DNA of 64,000 nucleotides from Chloroflexota bacterium. GTDB lineage: Bacteria; Chloroflexota; Anaerolineae; B4-G1. The DNA lies in NCBI GenBank assembly GCA_012514315.1, contig JAAZAN010000156.1, positions 5,311-69,310 of the forward strand, written 5' to 3'. The translations under genes were made by a program, and so were the position numbers. This document shows, piece after piece, positions 1 to 8,948 of this stretch (the stretch's first letter is position 1; each line of letters opens with the position of its first letter). The notes below the pieces were generated by a model that was not told where the DNA came from, ran no database searches, and saw only the letters and a list, made by a program, of their open reading frames with translations.

Positions 1-741
1 CTCGACCAGGTGCCGGTTGATCAGATCCAGATCCAGCGCCTGGGGTGTCTCAAAATCATAGTCACCGAACTCGTCCTTGGGGTGTAGCTCCAGGTCAAAG
101 AAGTAGTTGTCGACCGTCAGAGCAATCAGGCTGAGCCCCATTTGAGAGAGCAAGTGCCGAAGCTTCGTCGTAGTTGTTGTCTTTCCCGACGACGAGGGGC
201 CGGCGATGATCACGACTTTCACCTTATCCTGGCGCTCTCCGATCATCTCGGCAGCGGTCGTGATGTCCTCGTTGTAGGCGCGGTCCGTCTCCCTCACGAT
301 CTGCGGAAACTCACCTCGACCGATCCGTTCGTTCAAACGCTCCACTGTATGAAGATCGTGCTCAACCGCCCAGTCCAAAACATCCCAAATCTTGTGCCAG
401 GGAATGTTGTCCGATGGCAGAGCTGAACGAGCCGCTCGCTCCTTTCGCCTGCGCGCCCTCTCGTCACGATACAGAATGTAGGCTTTGGCTACTCGGGCGT
501 GCCCATTCTCGATAAGCACCTTCTCCACGCAGTCCTGGATTTCCTCTACGGTTGGAATGTGACCGGGAGCGGTGTTGGCCTCTAGCAGATCCACGACCTG
601 AGCCGCCAACCGTTCTGCCGTCACACGATCGCGGCCTCCGACGGCCACGGCCGCCCGGTAGATCGCATTGGTGATCCGATCAACGTTGAATGGTACAACC
701 GCTCCCGTCCGCTTGATAACCTGCTCGATTTTTGAGCTCAT
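1..741 (-). CDS. ATP-cone domain / uridine kinase-like (PRK family) nucleoside kinase fusion, 3' end runs off the window
   Basis: My own reverse-strand translation from ATG 741..739 gives MSSKIEQVIKRTGAVVPFNVDRITNAIYRAA (ATP-cone start). It continues to KVKVVIIAGPSSSGKTTTTTKL (P-loop) and LTVDNYFFDLELHPKDEFGDYDFETPQALDLDL (uridine-kinase-like). There is no stop before position 1. Confidence 0.75.
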   Translation of the reverse strand, partial: MSSKIEQVIKRTGAVVPFNVDRITNAIYRAAVAVGGRDRVTAERLAAQVVDLLEANTAPGHIPTVEEIQDCVEKVLIENGHARVAKAYILYRDERARRRKERAARSALPSDNIPWHKIWDVLDWAVEHDLHTVERLNERIGRGEFPQIVRETDRAYNEDITTAAEMIGERQDKVKVVIIAGPSSSGKTTTTTKLRHLLSQMGLSLIALTVDNYFFDLELHPKDEFGDYDFETPQALDLDLINRHLVE

Positions 742-897
742 GGCACCCCGCTTTCACTCATCGCGCACCCAGCCCACGCCGTGATTCTAGCACGAGACCT
801 ACCCCGACACAAGCAGATGGGGGATGTCGAAGCATCGCTGCCCAGGTGATTCTGCCTCGGCTGCGCGCAACCGACCAGCGCCGCTTACATGCGGTTT

Positions 898-926
898 TTG
901 CCCCTCGTGCCGGTATCTGGTATAAT
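898..926 (+). promoter_or_regulatory. Putative sigma-70 promoter for parA-parB
   Basis: -35 TTGCCC (898-903), 17-nt spacer, extended -10 TGGTATAAT (918-926). It lies about 145 nt upstream of the parA ATG. Confidence 0.45.
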
Positions 927-1070
927 CGAGCGAGGATCAGTGTGACCAGTACATTGGTCGAGTGTTCATCCTGGGCTGGTGAGCTGACTTGTCCGGCGTA
1001 TCGGCAAGAACACAACGTGTGCCAACAGCCACCTATGTGTGCGTAGACGGTTCGGTGGAGGGTCTAGTAC

Positions 1071-1919
1071 ATGATAGTCGCGGTCACTAACCAGAAGGGC
1101 GGCACCGGAAAGACGACGACAGCAATCAGCCTTGCAGGCGCTCTCGGTCAGATGGGGCGTCGTGTACTGGTCGTCGATCTCGATCCCCAGGCCAATGCAA
1201 CCCTCCACTCCGGCTTGATGCCAGAGGAACAGGAACACACCGTCTGGACGGCCATACAACAGGCGGGACAGTCTGAGGTGGAGCGCCTCGATGACAGGGA
1301 CCTGAGAAGTATCCTGGACAGCCTCTGGGATACGCAGTCCTTCAACCCATCGCTGATACCCATCGTTCATCACCCCAATGACAACCCTTACGATCTGGTA
1401 CCGTGCAATCTTGAGCTGAGCGAGGCCGATCTGGTCTTGGCGTCCTCCGTCAGCAGGGAGCGTCGCCTGGCCACGGTTCTGGCTCCAGTTCAGCCGGAGT
1501 ACGACTACACTCTGATCGACTGTCCACCCCATCTGGGCATTCTCACACTGAACGCACTCACCGCTGCTGATTCAGTCATCATTCCACTGGAGACCGCATT
1601 CCTGGCATCGAAGGGCATGAACCAGTTGTTTCGAGTGTTGCTCCAGGTCAAGCAAACCCTCAACTACCGCCTCAGTGTATTGGGCGTGCTCATCACACGG
1701 GTCGACCGACGTACGACGCACAGCATGCATATCGCCACAGAGGCCAGAAAAGCGCTCGAGCACCAGGTCAACGTCTTCACGACCGAGGTGCCAGTCAATG
1801 TGGACCTTGCCGATGCTTCAGCGGCGGGTAAATGCGTCACAATCCATGCACCCCAGAGCCGTGGTGCGATCGCATATCGCCAATTGGCGGAGGAGATCGA
1901 GGGCTTGCGACATGGCTAA
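1071..1919 (+). CDS. parA: ParA/Soj family chromosome-partitioning ATPase
   Basis: Deviant Walker A VTNQKGGTGKTTTAISLA, then VVDLDPQANAT and LIDCPP motifs. Its stop overlaps the parB start. Confidence 0.9.
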   Translation: MIVAVTNQKGGTGKTTTAISLAGALGQMGRRVLVVDLDPQANATLHSGLMPEEQEHTVWTAIQQAGQSEVERLDDRDLRSILDSLWDTQSFNPSLIPIVHHPNDNPYDLVPCNLELSEADLVLASSVSRERRLATVLAPVQPEYDYTLIDCPPHLGILTLNALTAADSVIIPLETAFLASKGMNQLFRVLLQVKQTLNYRLSVLGVLITRVDRRTTHSMHIATEARKALEHQVNVFTTEVPVNVDLADASAAGKCVTIHAPQSRGAIAYRQLAEEIEGLRHG

Positions 1920-3147
1920 GAAGCAGATTGAGCGGACGGATCAGATTTTCGACGAGACCGAGTCGGTCACTTCGGTATTCGCGCAGAGGCAGGGCGGCAC
2001 ACAGCATTACGCCCCCATACACAGCGTGGTTCCGAATCGCTTCAACCCGCGGCGGCACTATTCCCGCGAGAATCTCGAGGACCTCATTCAATCCATGCGC
2101 ACCTATGGGTTCATTGGCGCCCTCGATGGCCGCGCTCTGCCCGACGGACGCATCGAACTCGCGTATGGATCGCGGCGACTATTGGCAGCCAAGAGCGCCA
2201 ACATCCGAGCCATTCCTGTGTTCCTGCATGATTGGGACGACACCCAGATGCGTCTGCTCGCGTTGGTCGAGAACCTGACGCACGAGGACCTGAACCCTGT
2301 GGATGAGGCAACAACAGTCGGTCTGTTAAGCTCTGAGCTCGGTCTGAGCACGCGTGATATCTGCACTCAAGTCAACGAACCTAGATCGTGGGTACAGGAC
2401 CGTCTTTCCCTCTTTCGCGCCCCGCAGGACGTACGGGACATGGTCATCCGAAGACCCGACACGCTTCGGTCAGCCCGGTTCATCGCACGCCTGCCGGACA
2501 GAGAGGACCGACGGAGGATTCTTGAGAAGGTATTACGACAGGAGCTGACCACCCGGCAGGTACAGCTGATTGTCCAGCAGATGGAACACAATGTCCCAGC
2601 CGACAGAGCGCTGAATGAGGTAGCAGGTCGAGAGGGAGAGGTAACCCGCAGCAGCGCCCGTCGATCACGCATCGCGCCGATTGCGGAGGCAGTGTTGGCC
2701 GCCGGTGATGCAGCGCGGAACGATCAGAATCAACTCGTGGGGACGGAACCTACCGGCGTCCAGGATGCTGAGTCAGCGGGCATAGCGGGACTGGCTCTAG
2801 ATTTCCGGGCGCTGAACAACATGGAGATTGAACCCGATATGCCCCACGCATCGCCCTACGCCGAAGGATACATGGCTGATCAAGATGCCCGCGGAAGCCA
2901 GAACGCGGACCATTCCTCACATCATAGCGCAATTCCGGACAGACTGGACGACCTCTTCGATGAACCTTTTGGCGGCAGCCAGCTCATCACGCTCGCCATC
3001 GATGCGTTGGACGGCCTCGACCCGCAGGCCATCCGCAGCGACGAGCTAGCCGACGCGCTGCACCTACTGAGGCAGATCGCGGATCGCGCCAGTCACCTTA
3101 CTCAGACGCTAGAGAATAAGCAGGGCTCTGACACCTCCATAGCGTAG
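1912..3147 (+). CDS. parB: ParB/Spo0J-like partition protein with a long acidic C-terminal extension
   Basis: ATG 1912 (MAKKQIERT) overlaps the parA stop by 8 nt. ParB N-domain motifs are NRFNPRRHY, AYGSRRLLAA and LVENLTHEDLNPVDEA. An HTH-like LSTRDICTQVNEPRSWVQDRL follows. The 1675 start on the ORF track is an upstream frame extension inside parA. Confidence 0.8.
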   Translation: MAKKQIERTDQIFDETESVTSVFAQRQGGTQHYAPIHSVVPNRFNPRRHYSRENLEDLIQSMRTYGFIGALDGRALPDGRIELAYGSRRLLAAKSANIRAIPVFLHDWDDTQMRLLALVENLTHEDLNPVDEATTVGLLSSELGLSTRDICTQVNEPRSWVQDRLSLFRAPQDVRDMVIRRPDTLRSARFIARLPDREDRRRILEKVLRQELTTRQVQLIVQQMEHNVPADRALNEVAGREGEVTRSSARRSRIAPIAEAVLAAGDAARNDQNQLVGTEPTGVQDAESAGIAGLALDFRALNNMEIEPDMPHASPYAEGYMADQDARGSQNADHSSHHSAIPDRLDDLFDEPFGGSQLITLAIDALDGLDPQAIRSDELADALHLLRQIADRASHLTQTLENKQGSDTSIA

Positions 3148-3324
3148 GTCACCGATTGCTGCCCCAGGTTTGCGAGCGATAGCGTGCCGCAGGAAGATCT
3201 GGGAATCCTGTCGCCTATCCCGGGTGAACGTAGTGGTTGCAGATCAGAAGTATCCTGCCGTCAAGCTAGGTGTTGTACTTAGGTACCGCCATCTCGTCGC
3301 GACCTTGTAGGAGGACAGAGCCAC

Positions 3325-4452
3325 ATGCTGACTATAGAACCCGTTGACATCCACTCCAGACGACAGGTGAACCGGTTTGTCCGCATTCCATACCGCCTCT
3401 ACGCGGATAGTCCCTATTGGGTCCCCCCACCGATTGTCGATGTCAAGGCAGCCCTCAACCCCAAGAAGCACCCGTTCTACGAGCATTCGATCGCCGAGTC
3501 CTTCATTGCTATCCGCGATGGTCGCGACGTAGGGCGCATTACGGCCTTGGAGAACAGGCGGTTCAACGAATACCACAAGACACGTCAAGGCCAGTTCTAC
3601 TTCTTTGAGTGCGAAAATGATCCTGAGGCATCTGAAGCGCTCTTCAACCGCGCATTCGAGTGGGCACGGCGCCGCAACCTGGACACCATGGTTGGTCCCA
3701 AGGGGTTTGGGGCTCTGGATGGGTACGGACTACTTGTCGAGGGTTTCGACCGCCGCCAGGTCATGACGATGCTGAACTACAACTTCGATTACTATCCTCA
3801 ACTGGTCGAAGCGGCTGGATTCGAGAAAGAAGTGGACTTCATCTCCTGCTACATCAATCCACAAGAACTCCATCTCCCAGAGAGAGTCCACCGCATTGCC
3901 GAGCGGGTCAGACAACGAGGCACGCTTCAGGTCAAGCGCTTCAAGGACAAGCGCGAGTTAGTCTCCTGGGCTGACCGTATTGGCCACGCTTACAACAAGG
4001 CATTCATCAACAACTGGGAATACTACCCCCTGACGGAACGTGAGATCAAGTACTTGATTGACAACATCATGCTGATTGCCAGTCCCGACCTCATCAAGGT
4101 GATCCTGCACAAGGATGACATCGTCGGGTTTCTGTTCGGCTTCCACGATGTCTCGGCCGCGATGCAGAGAGCGCGCGGTCGCCTATTCCCATTTGGGGCT
4201 CTCGACATCCTACTGGAGATCCGCCGGACAGAATGGGTGGCGCTAAACGGAATCGGCATCCTGCCGCAGTTTCAGGGGATAGGCGGCAACGCACTGATGT
4301 ACTCGGAGATTGACAAGACCGTGCGTGAATACGGCTTCAAGCACGCAGATCTCACTCAGGTAGCCGAGAGTGCTGTGGAGATGCGTCGGGACCTCATCAA
4401 CCTGGGCGGCAAACCGGTTCGAAACCACCGCGTCTACCGCCGACAACTCTAG
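3325..4452 (+). CDS. Uncharacterised two-lobed GNAT-like acyl-CoA N-acyltransferase
   Basis: AGGAGG sits about 10 nt upstream of the ATG. The N-terminus is FVRIPYRLYADSPYWVPPP, and a GNAT motif-A-like ILPQFQGIGGNALMY lies near the C-terminus. Confidence 0.6.
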   Translation: MLTIEPVDIHSRRQVNRFVRIPYRLYADSPYWVPPPIVDVKAALNPKKHPFYEHSIAESFIAIRDGRDVGRITALENRRFNEYHKTRQGQFYFFECENDPEASEALFNRAFEWARRRNLDTMVGPKGFGALDGYGLLVEGFDRRQVMTMLNYNFDYYPQLVEAAGFEKEVDFISCYINPQELHLPERVHRIAERVRQRGTLQVKRFKDKRELVSWADRIGHAYNKAFINNWEYYPLTEREIKYLIDNIMLIASPDLIKVILHKDDIVGFLFGFHDVSAAMQRARGRLFPFGALDILLEIRRTEWVALNGIGILPQFQGIGGNALMYSEIDKTVREYGFKHADLTQVAESAVEMRRDLINLGGKPVRNHRVYRRQL

Positions 4453-4483
4453 CAGGACTGCACGAGTTGTCCGTGATTGGCAG

Positions 4484-4957
4484 TCAGCCCAACTCGACGA
4501 TCTCGAAGTGAGTCACCCCGGCCGGGGCTGTGACAGCCACAACATCACCAACCCGATGGCCGACCAACGCACTGCCCATAGGGGATTGGTAGGAGATTCG
4601 GCCGAGCGCCGGGTCCGCTTCGGCGGGTCCAACCACGTAGAAGCGTTCCATCTCTTCGCTTCCCTGCTCTCGGATCGTGACTCGACTCCCCAGACCAACC
4701 TCTTCTGTGGAGACGTCCTCGCGGATGATCACTGCACGCCGCAGCATCGCCTCGATCTGCTGAATTCTACCCTCCAGGAAACCTTGATCTTCCTTTGCCG
4801 ATTGGTAGTCCGCGTTCTCAGAGAGATCCCCCTGCTGAATTGCGTGTCGCAAGCGCTTGGCCAGAGCCGGACGTTTGACCGACGTCAAGTACTCAAGCTC
4901 TTTGCGGAGCTCAACAATTCCGCCAGACGTTAGATAGACAGCATTATCGTTTGACAT
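4484..4957 (-). CDS. greA: Transcription elongation factor GreA
   Basis: MSNDNAVYLTSGGIVELRKELEYL...GDLSENADYQSAKEDQGFLEGRI. I prefer ATG 4957 preceded by GGAGGG over the GTG at 4978 on the ORF track. Confidence 0.9.
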   Translation of the reverse strand: MSNDNAVYLTSGGIVELRKELEYLTSVKRPALAKRLRHAIQQGDLSENADYQSAKEDQGFLEGRIQQIEAMLRRAVIIREDVSTEEVGLGSRVTIREQGSEEMERFYVVGPAEADPALGRISYQSPMGSALVGHRVGDVVAVTAPAGVTHFEIVELG

Positions 4958-5023
4958 AGACCAACGAATTCCCTCCACAACTCCGTGCAGTGCAGACCAA
5001 ACGCGCTACCGGAAACAAGTCCC

Positions 5024-5389
5024 CTAGAAGATCCTCTCGACAAGTGGTCGACCAAGAATCAGCAAGCCGACAACCACGGAGACGACGGCTGCCAACAGCA
5101 CCGCCCCAGCCGTCACATCCTTCACGACCTTCGCCAATGGGTGATAGCCAGGACTGACCAGGTCCACGAGAGTCTCAGCCACCGTGTTGAGGACCTCGCT
5201 CACCAAGACAAATCCGACTGTCAGCGCTAGAACTGCCCATTGAGTGAGCGAAAGACCCAGCCAGACTCCAACTGCTATCACGCCGGCCGTAATAGCCAGG
5301 TGGACCCGCACGTTGCGCTGTGTTCTAAGCACATACCAGAGGCCTGCAAACGCAAACCGGAAGCTATCCAGAAGGTTCTGGCTGCGCAT
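5024..5389 (-). CDS. dgkA: Diacylglycerol/undecaprenol kinase (DgkA family)
   Basis: 121-aa three-TM protein with FRFAFAGLWY..RTQRNVRVH and SEVLNTVAE motifs. It lies directly downstream of ybeY, as in many operons. Confidence 0.85.
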   Translation of the reverse strand: MRSQNLLDSFRFAFAGLWYVLRTQRNVRVHLAITAGVIAVGVWLGLSLTQWAVLALTVGFVLVSEVLNTVAETLVDLVSPGYHPLAKVVKDVTAGAVLLAAVVSVVVGLLILGRPLVERIF

Positions 5390-5395
5390 AGGCGA

Positions 5396-5872
5396 TCACT
5401 CCGGCAAGTGTACATCGACATCAAGAGATCGCAAGACAGTGGCCTGGACCGACCACATGCGCGCACGAGACTCATCCTCAGCATCGTCGAATCCGAGCAG
5501 GTGCAACACGCCGTGCACCACCAGCAACTGCAGCTCGGACTCCACGCTGTGATCGGCCACGTTAGCCTGAGCTTCAGCGCGCGGCTTCGAGATGATGACA
5601 TCACCGAGATATCGGGTCTCATCTGGCGCTGCGACGAACGCCCCCTCAGTATCATCCGCAAAAGCCAGCACATCCGTCGGGCCATCAACACCACGATAGC
5701 GCAGATTCAGTTCGTGTACCACGCGATCGGATGTCACAACGACCGCGAGTTCACAGGGCTCCGCAGCACCGACGTGCGCTAGCGCCGCTTCACCTGCTGT
5801 CCTTAGCAACGACGGCGTTATCTCGTCGGCAAACTGCTCATCAATCTGAACATCTACACTGTAACCTGACAT
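5396..5872 (-). CDS. ybeY: Endoribonuclease YbeY (rRNA maturation factor)
   Basis: Zinc motif HGVLHLLGFDD, 158 aa. Confidence 0.9.
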   Translation of the reverse strand: MSGYSVDVQIDEQFADEITPSLLRTAGEAALAHVGAAEPCELAVVVTSDRVVHELNLRYRGVDGPTDVLAFADDTEGAFVAAPDETRYLGDVIISKPRAEAQANVADHSVESELQLLVVHGVLHLLGFDDAEDESRARMWSVQATVLRSLDVDVHLPE

Positions 5873-5887
5873 GCTGACCGTACCCCA

Positions 5888-7966
5888 CTATGCCTGCGCT
5901 TCGGCCGGCTTCGTTGCCTGTGGATACTGAATGCGAGGATGAAACATCCCCTTCAGTGCAGAGGTATAGACCTCCCGGACTGTGTCGAGATCACGCAGGG
6001 TCATATCACACTCATCTAGTTGTCCGGCTTCTATGCGACTATCAATGACACGATTCACGATCTCAGCAACCTGCTCGGGCGTCGCGGGCCGGATAGACCG
6101 CACGGCTGCTTCACACCCATCTGCTAACATGACTAGAGCGCTCTCCCTGCTCTGCGGCCTTGGGCCAGGATAGCGGAAGTCCTCTGCACGTATCTGTGCG
6201 GGGTCATCAGCCGATTCGAGGGCTTTGCTGTGAAAGAAGCTAATCCAGTTCGTCCCGTGATGCTCAGGAATGAACGCTCGAATACGGCTCGGCAGGTGAT
6301 ATCGGCGGGCGAGTGCAAGACCGTCCCTGACGTGATCGACGATCACCTCGACGCTGGCGTGCGGATCGAGTTCGTCGTGCGGGTTCAGACCATCCATCTG
6401 GTTCTCAGTGAACCAGTAGGGCTGCACAAGCTTGCCAATATCGTGGTAGTACGCCCCCACCCGTGTGAGCAGCGCATTGGCATCGATGTGTTCCGCGGCC
6501 TGCTCTGCCAGGTTCGCGACCATCAGGCTGTGGTGGTAGGTGGCGGGCGCTTCCCGCAACAGGCGCTGCAGCAGCGGGCGATCAGGTCGACTGAGTTCAA
6601 TCAAGCGCATCGTTGTGACAACATCAAACAGGGGCCCGATCAGAAACAGCAAGCCCAATGCTAGGCTCGCTGAGATTCCACCGTTTGCGATCGCTGCAGC
6701 AAATGATACAACAAGCCCAACTGGCTGACCAATGCCTTGAGGCACGTGGAATGCTGCAACAACTGCTGCCTGCCCCAGAGCCGCGAGTGCACCAGCCTGG
6801 AATAGATCGGCCATCCGCTCCACCCGGCGTGATGCAAGCGCCGCGATCAAACCCCCTACAACTGTGAATGTGATAACCTCCAATGAATAGTCCGCGATGA
6901 CGCCTGCTGCGTATCCCACGAACACTGCGCCAGCAAGCGCCGCATGGAGACCCACTGCGGATGCCAGCACCATCGCAAGAGCTGCTGCGGGGAAGAGATA
7001 CCGCAACACGGCGCCACCGGGCACCATCAGGCGCGCGCCCAGTGTAAACGCTGCCACAGCAAGCACAAACATCAGGAGCGCCGACCCCGACCAGAGCACA
7101 TCGGTCTCCAGCCGCGCAAGAAGGGCGTAGGTGAGCAGAGTTCCCAGCACCATCAGCACACCCGGACCGATGAAATCGGGCCATTTGACCTGTGCCTGTC
7201 GCAGGCCAAGCTCGTCCAGAGCCTCAATGTCCAACGCAGTCACACGCTGACCCTCTCGGACTATGATCTCGTCCGCTTCGAAGGTCCGTAGAACAGGTGA
7301 CACGTTTTCGCGAGCACGCGCCTGTGCCTGTGTGGTGGCATCGGGGTCCAGAAAGGAGTTAGGGATCAGGAAACTCTGCGTCAGCGCCACTGTCACGGCC
7401 GCTTCATCCGCAGTCAGGTCCAGACTTACAAGAGGCAACAAGCTCTGATAGGCCTCCTCAAGTCCACCCTCACGAAGCGAACCCCGCATCGCCTGGTCGA
7501 CAACGGCCAGCGTCTCCAGCTGGGCGCGATTCCACCCCTCCTCAGAGAGCGACAAGATCCGATCCAGGGTCTCGATCGGCGCCTCGGATAGTTCCGGTAC
7601 CGCCACAATCCATGCACGCTTCTGACCCTGAGTCGAGAACGGATCAGCGCGCACAGAGCCAATGTAGTCAATGACCTGACGTGCGCGATCCAGTTGCTGG
7701 CGCGCAATACCAGAATCCGGGGGCGTGAACACGGGAGCCACACTCGCCGCCGCTCGCTGCTCCTGCTCAGCTCCCAGGATCGCGCTTTCGTAGGTGATAC
7801 GACTGGGTGCACGCACATCCCGTGAGGCTACATCGCCTGCCTCGAGAATCACCCGCTCGGTAGGTAGCAGCGGGATCACTGCGACGACAGTCATAACGGT
7901 GGCCAGGAAGACGCCCAGTAGCACCAGACGCGTCCAATGCCACCAGGCGGATTCACTCTGTCTCAT
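5888..7966 (-). CDS. pgpH: 7TM-receptor HD/HDIG phosphohydrolase (PgpH-like, possible cyclic-di-AMP phosphodiesterase)
   Basis: N-terminal extracellular region, a multi-TM core, and a C-terminal HD domain with HSLMVANLAE and GAYYHDIGK. It is syntenic with ybeY and dgkA. Confidence 0.8.
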   Translation of the reverse strand: MRQSESAWWHWTRLVLLGVFLATVMTVVAVIPLLPTERVILEAGDVASRDVRAPSRITYESAILGAEQEQRAAASVAPVFTPPDSGIARQQLDRARQVIDYIGSVRADPFSTQGQKRAWIVAVPELSEAPIETLDRILSLSEEGWNRAQLETLAVVDQAMRGSLREGGLEEAYQSLLPLVSLDLTADEAAVTVALTQSFLIPNSFLDPDATTQAQARARENVSPVLRTFEADEIIVREGQRVTALDIEALDELGLRQAQVKWPDFIGPGVLMVLGTLLTYALLARLETDVLWSGSALLMFVLAVAAFTLGARLMVPGGAVLRYLFPAAALAMVLASAVGLHAALAGAVFVGYAAGVIADYSLEVITFTVVGGLIAALASRRVERMADLFQAGALAALGQAAVVAAFHVPQGIGQPVGLVVSFAAAIANGGISASLALGLLFLIGPLFDVVTTMRLIELSRPDRPLLQRLLREAPATYHHSLMVANLAEQAAEHIDANALLTRVGAYYHDIGKLVQPYWFTENQMDGLNPHDELDPHASVEVIVDHVRDGLALARRYHLPSRIRAFIPEHHGTNWISFFHSKALESADDPAQIRAEDFRYPGPRPQSRESALVMLADGCEAAVRSIRPATPEQVAEIVNRVIDSRIEAGQLDECDMTLRDLDTVREVYTSALKGMFHPRIQYPQATKPAEAQA

Positions 7967-8020
7967 CTTCCGTTGGTCCAGACAACCCTGGCATCACAAT
8001 CATCGCCATCACTGGAAGCT

Positions 8021-8056
8021 AGAAAGAACGAAAGGGAGCACTTTCGGCGCTCCCTT
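8021..8056 (-). terminator. Rho-independent terminator-like hairpin after yqeY
   Basis: AAGGGAGC (8032-8039) pairs with GCTCCCTT (8049-8056) around a 9-nt loop. On the minus strand it is followed by TCGTTCTTTCT. Confidence 0.5.
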
Positions 8057-8092
8057 CCGAGACGATTCCTACAGTTCAAGGGGAAATGAGTG

Positions 8093-8539
8093 CTAGGCTG
8101 AAAGCAACTCGCGCACGACCTCATTGACGACACGACCATCGGCACGACCCTTCACTCTAGGCATCAGTATGCGCATGACAAGACCAAGATCACCCGTCCC
8201 TGTCGCGCCAACTTCACTGATGACCTGCCTGGCTACATCGACAATCTCCGTGCGGGTCAATGACTCAGGAATGTACTTCTCGAGGATGGATAGCTCAAGC
8301 TCTTCCTTGACCAACAGATCAGGCCGGCCGACATCACGCAGCTCGTTGATGGTCTCCTGGCGTATCTGGACTTCCTTTTGAAGCACCGCAAGGATATCCC
8401 CCTCGTCCAGCTCACCGCGGCGCTCAACTTCTGCATTGACAATCGCAGCCAGTGCCAGTCGGATAACCGACTTAGCATGCTCATCATGGCTCCGCAAAGC
8501 GCTCTTGAGATCAGTCTGCAGCTGCTGCTTCAAACCCAT
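8093..8539 (-). CDS. yqeY: GatB/YqeY domain protein
   Basis: MGLKQQLQTDLKSALRSHD...IRLALAAIVNAEVE. This is the classic position downstream of rpsU. Confidence 0.85.
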   Translation of the reverse strand: MGLKQQLQTDLKSALRSHDEHAKSVIRLALAAIVNAEVERRGELDEGDILAVLQKEVQIRQETINELRDVGRPDLLVKEELELSILEKYIPESLTRTEIVDVARQVISEVGATGTGDLGLVMRILMPRVKGRADGRVVNEVVRELLSA

Positions 8540-8568
8540 CGCCAGAACCCCGTGCGCTTCGACCCGCG

Positions 8569-8781
8569 CTACGTGTTACCGCGCTGATCCTTGTACGATT
8601 GCCTGCGGCTCTTGCGCAGCTTGGCCGCCTTCTTTCGCTTACGAACCACGCTAGGCTTCTCAAAGAAACGGCGCCGACGCACCTCGGACATTACGCGATC
8701 ACCCTGGACCCTCTTGTTAAACCGACGCAACAAGGAATCAAAGGATTCACCGTCCTCAACCACGACCTTCGTCACTCGCAT
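8569..8781 (-). CDS. rpsU: 30S ribosomal protein S21
   Basis: MRVTKVVVEDGESFDSLLRRFNKRVQGDRVMSEVRRRRFFEKPSVVRKRKK. ATG 8781 is preceded by AGAGGGGGG. The longer ORF on the track (to 8931) is a frame extension. Confidence 0.9.
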   Translation of the reverse strand: MRVTKVVVEDGESFDSLLRRFNKRVQGDRVMSEVRRRRFFEKPSVVRKRKKAAKLRKSRRQSYKDQRGNT

Positions 8782-8827
8782 CCCCCCTCTTTTTGCCGTC
8801 TTGCACGGGTCCGTGCATTGCAGGTAG

Positions 8828-8856
8828 ATTATAATCGTGCCCCAAGATCCTGTCAA
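8828..8856 (-). promoter_or_regulatory. Perfect-consensus sigma-70 promoter for rpsU-yqeY
   Basis: The minus strand reads TTGACA-GGATCTTGGGGCACGAT(17 nt)-TATAAT. The -35 is at 8851-8856 and the -10 at 8828-8833, about 47 nt upstream of the rpsU ATG. Confidence 0.6.
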
Positions 8857-8948
8857 GCAGAATGCAGTCCGCAAACCTGGCCGACCAAGGTAACGATCAG
8901 CAGGCAGCGTGCACCAGTCGGAGGCCCACACACTAATCTATGGATTTG

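Noticed and set aside
732-1046. A 104-aa ORF filling the kinase-parA intergenic region.
   Set aside because: The translation is Arg/Pro/Ser-rich and has no RBS. The region is better explained as divergent promoter space plus the parA 5' UTR.
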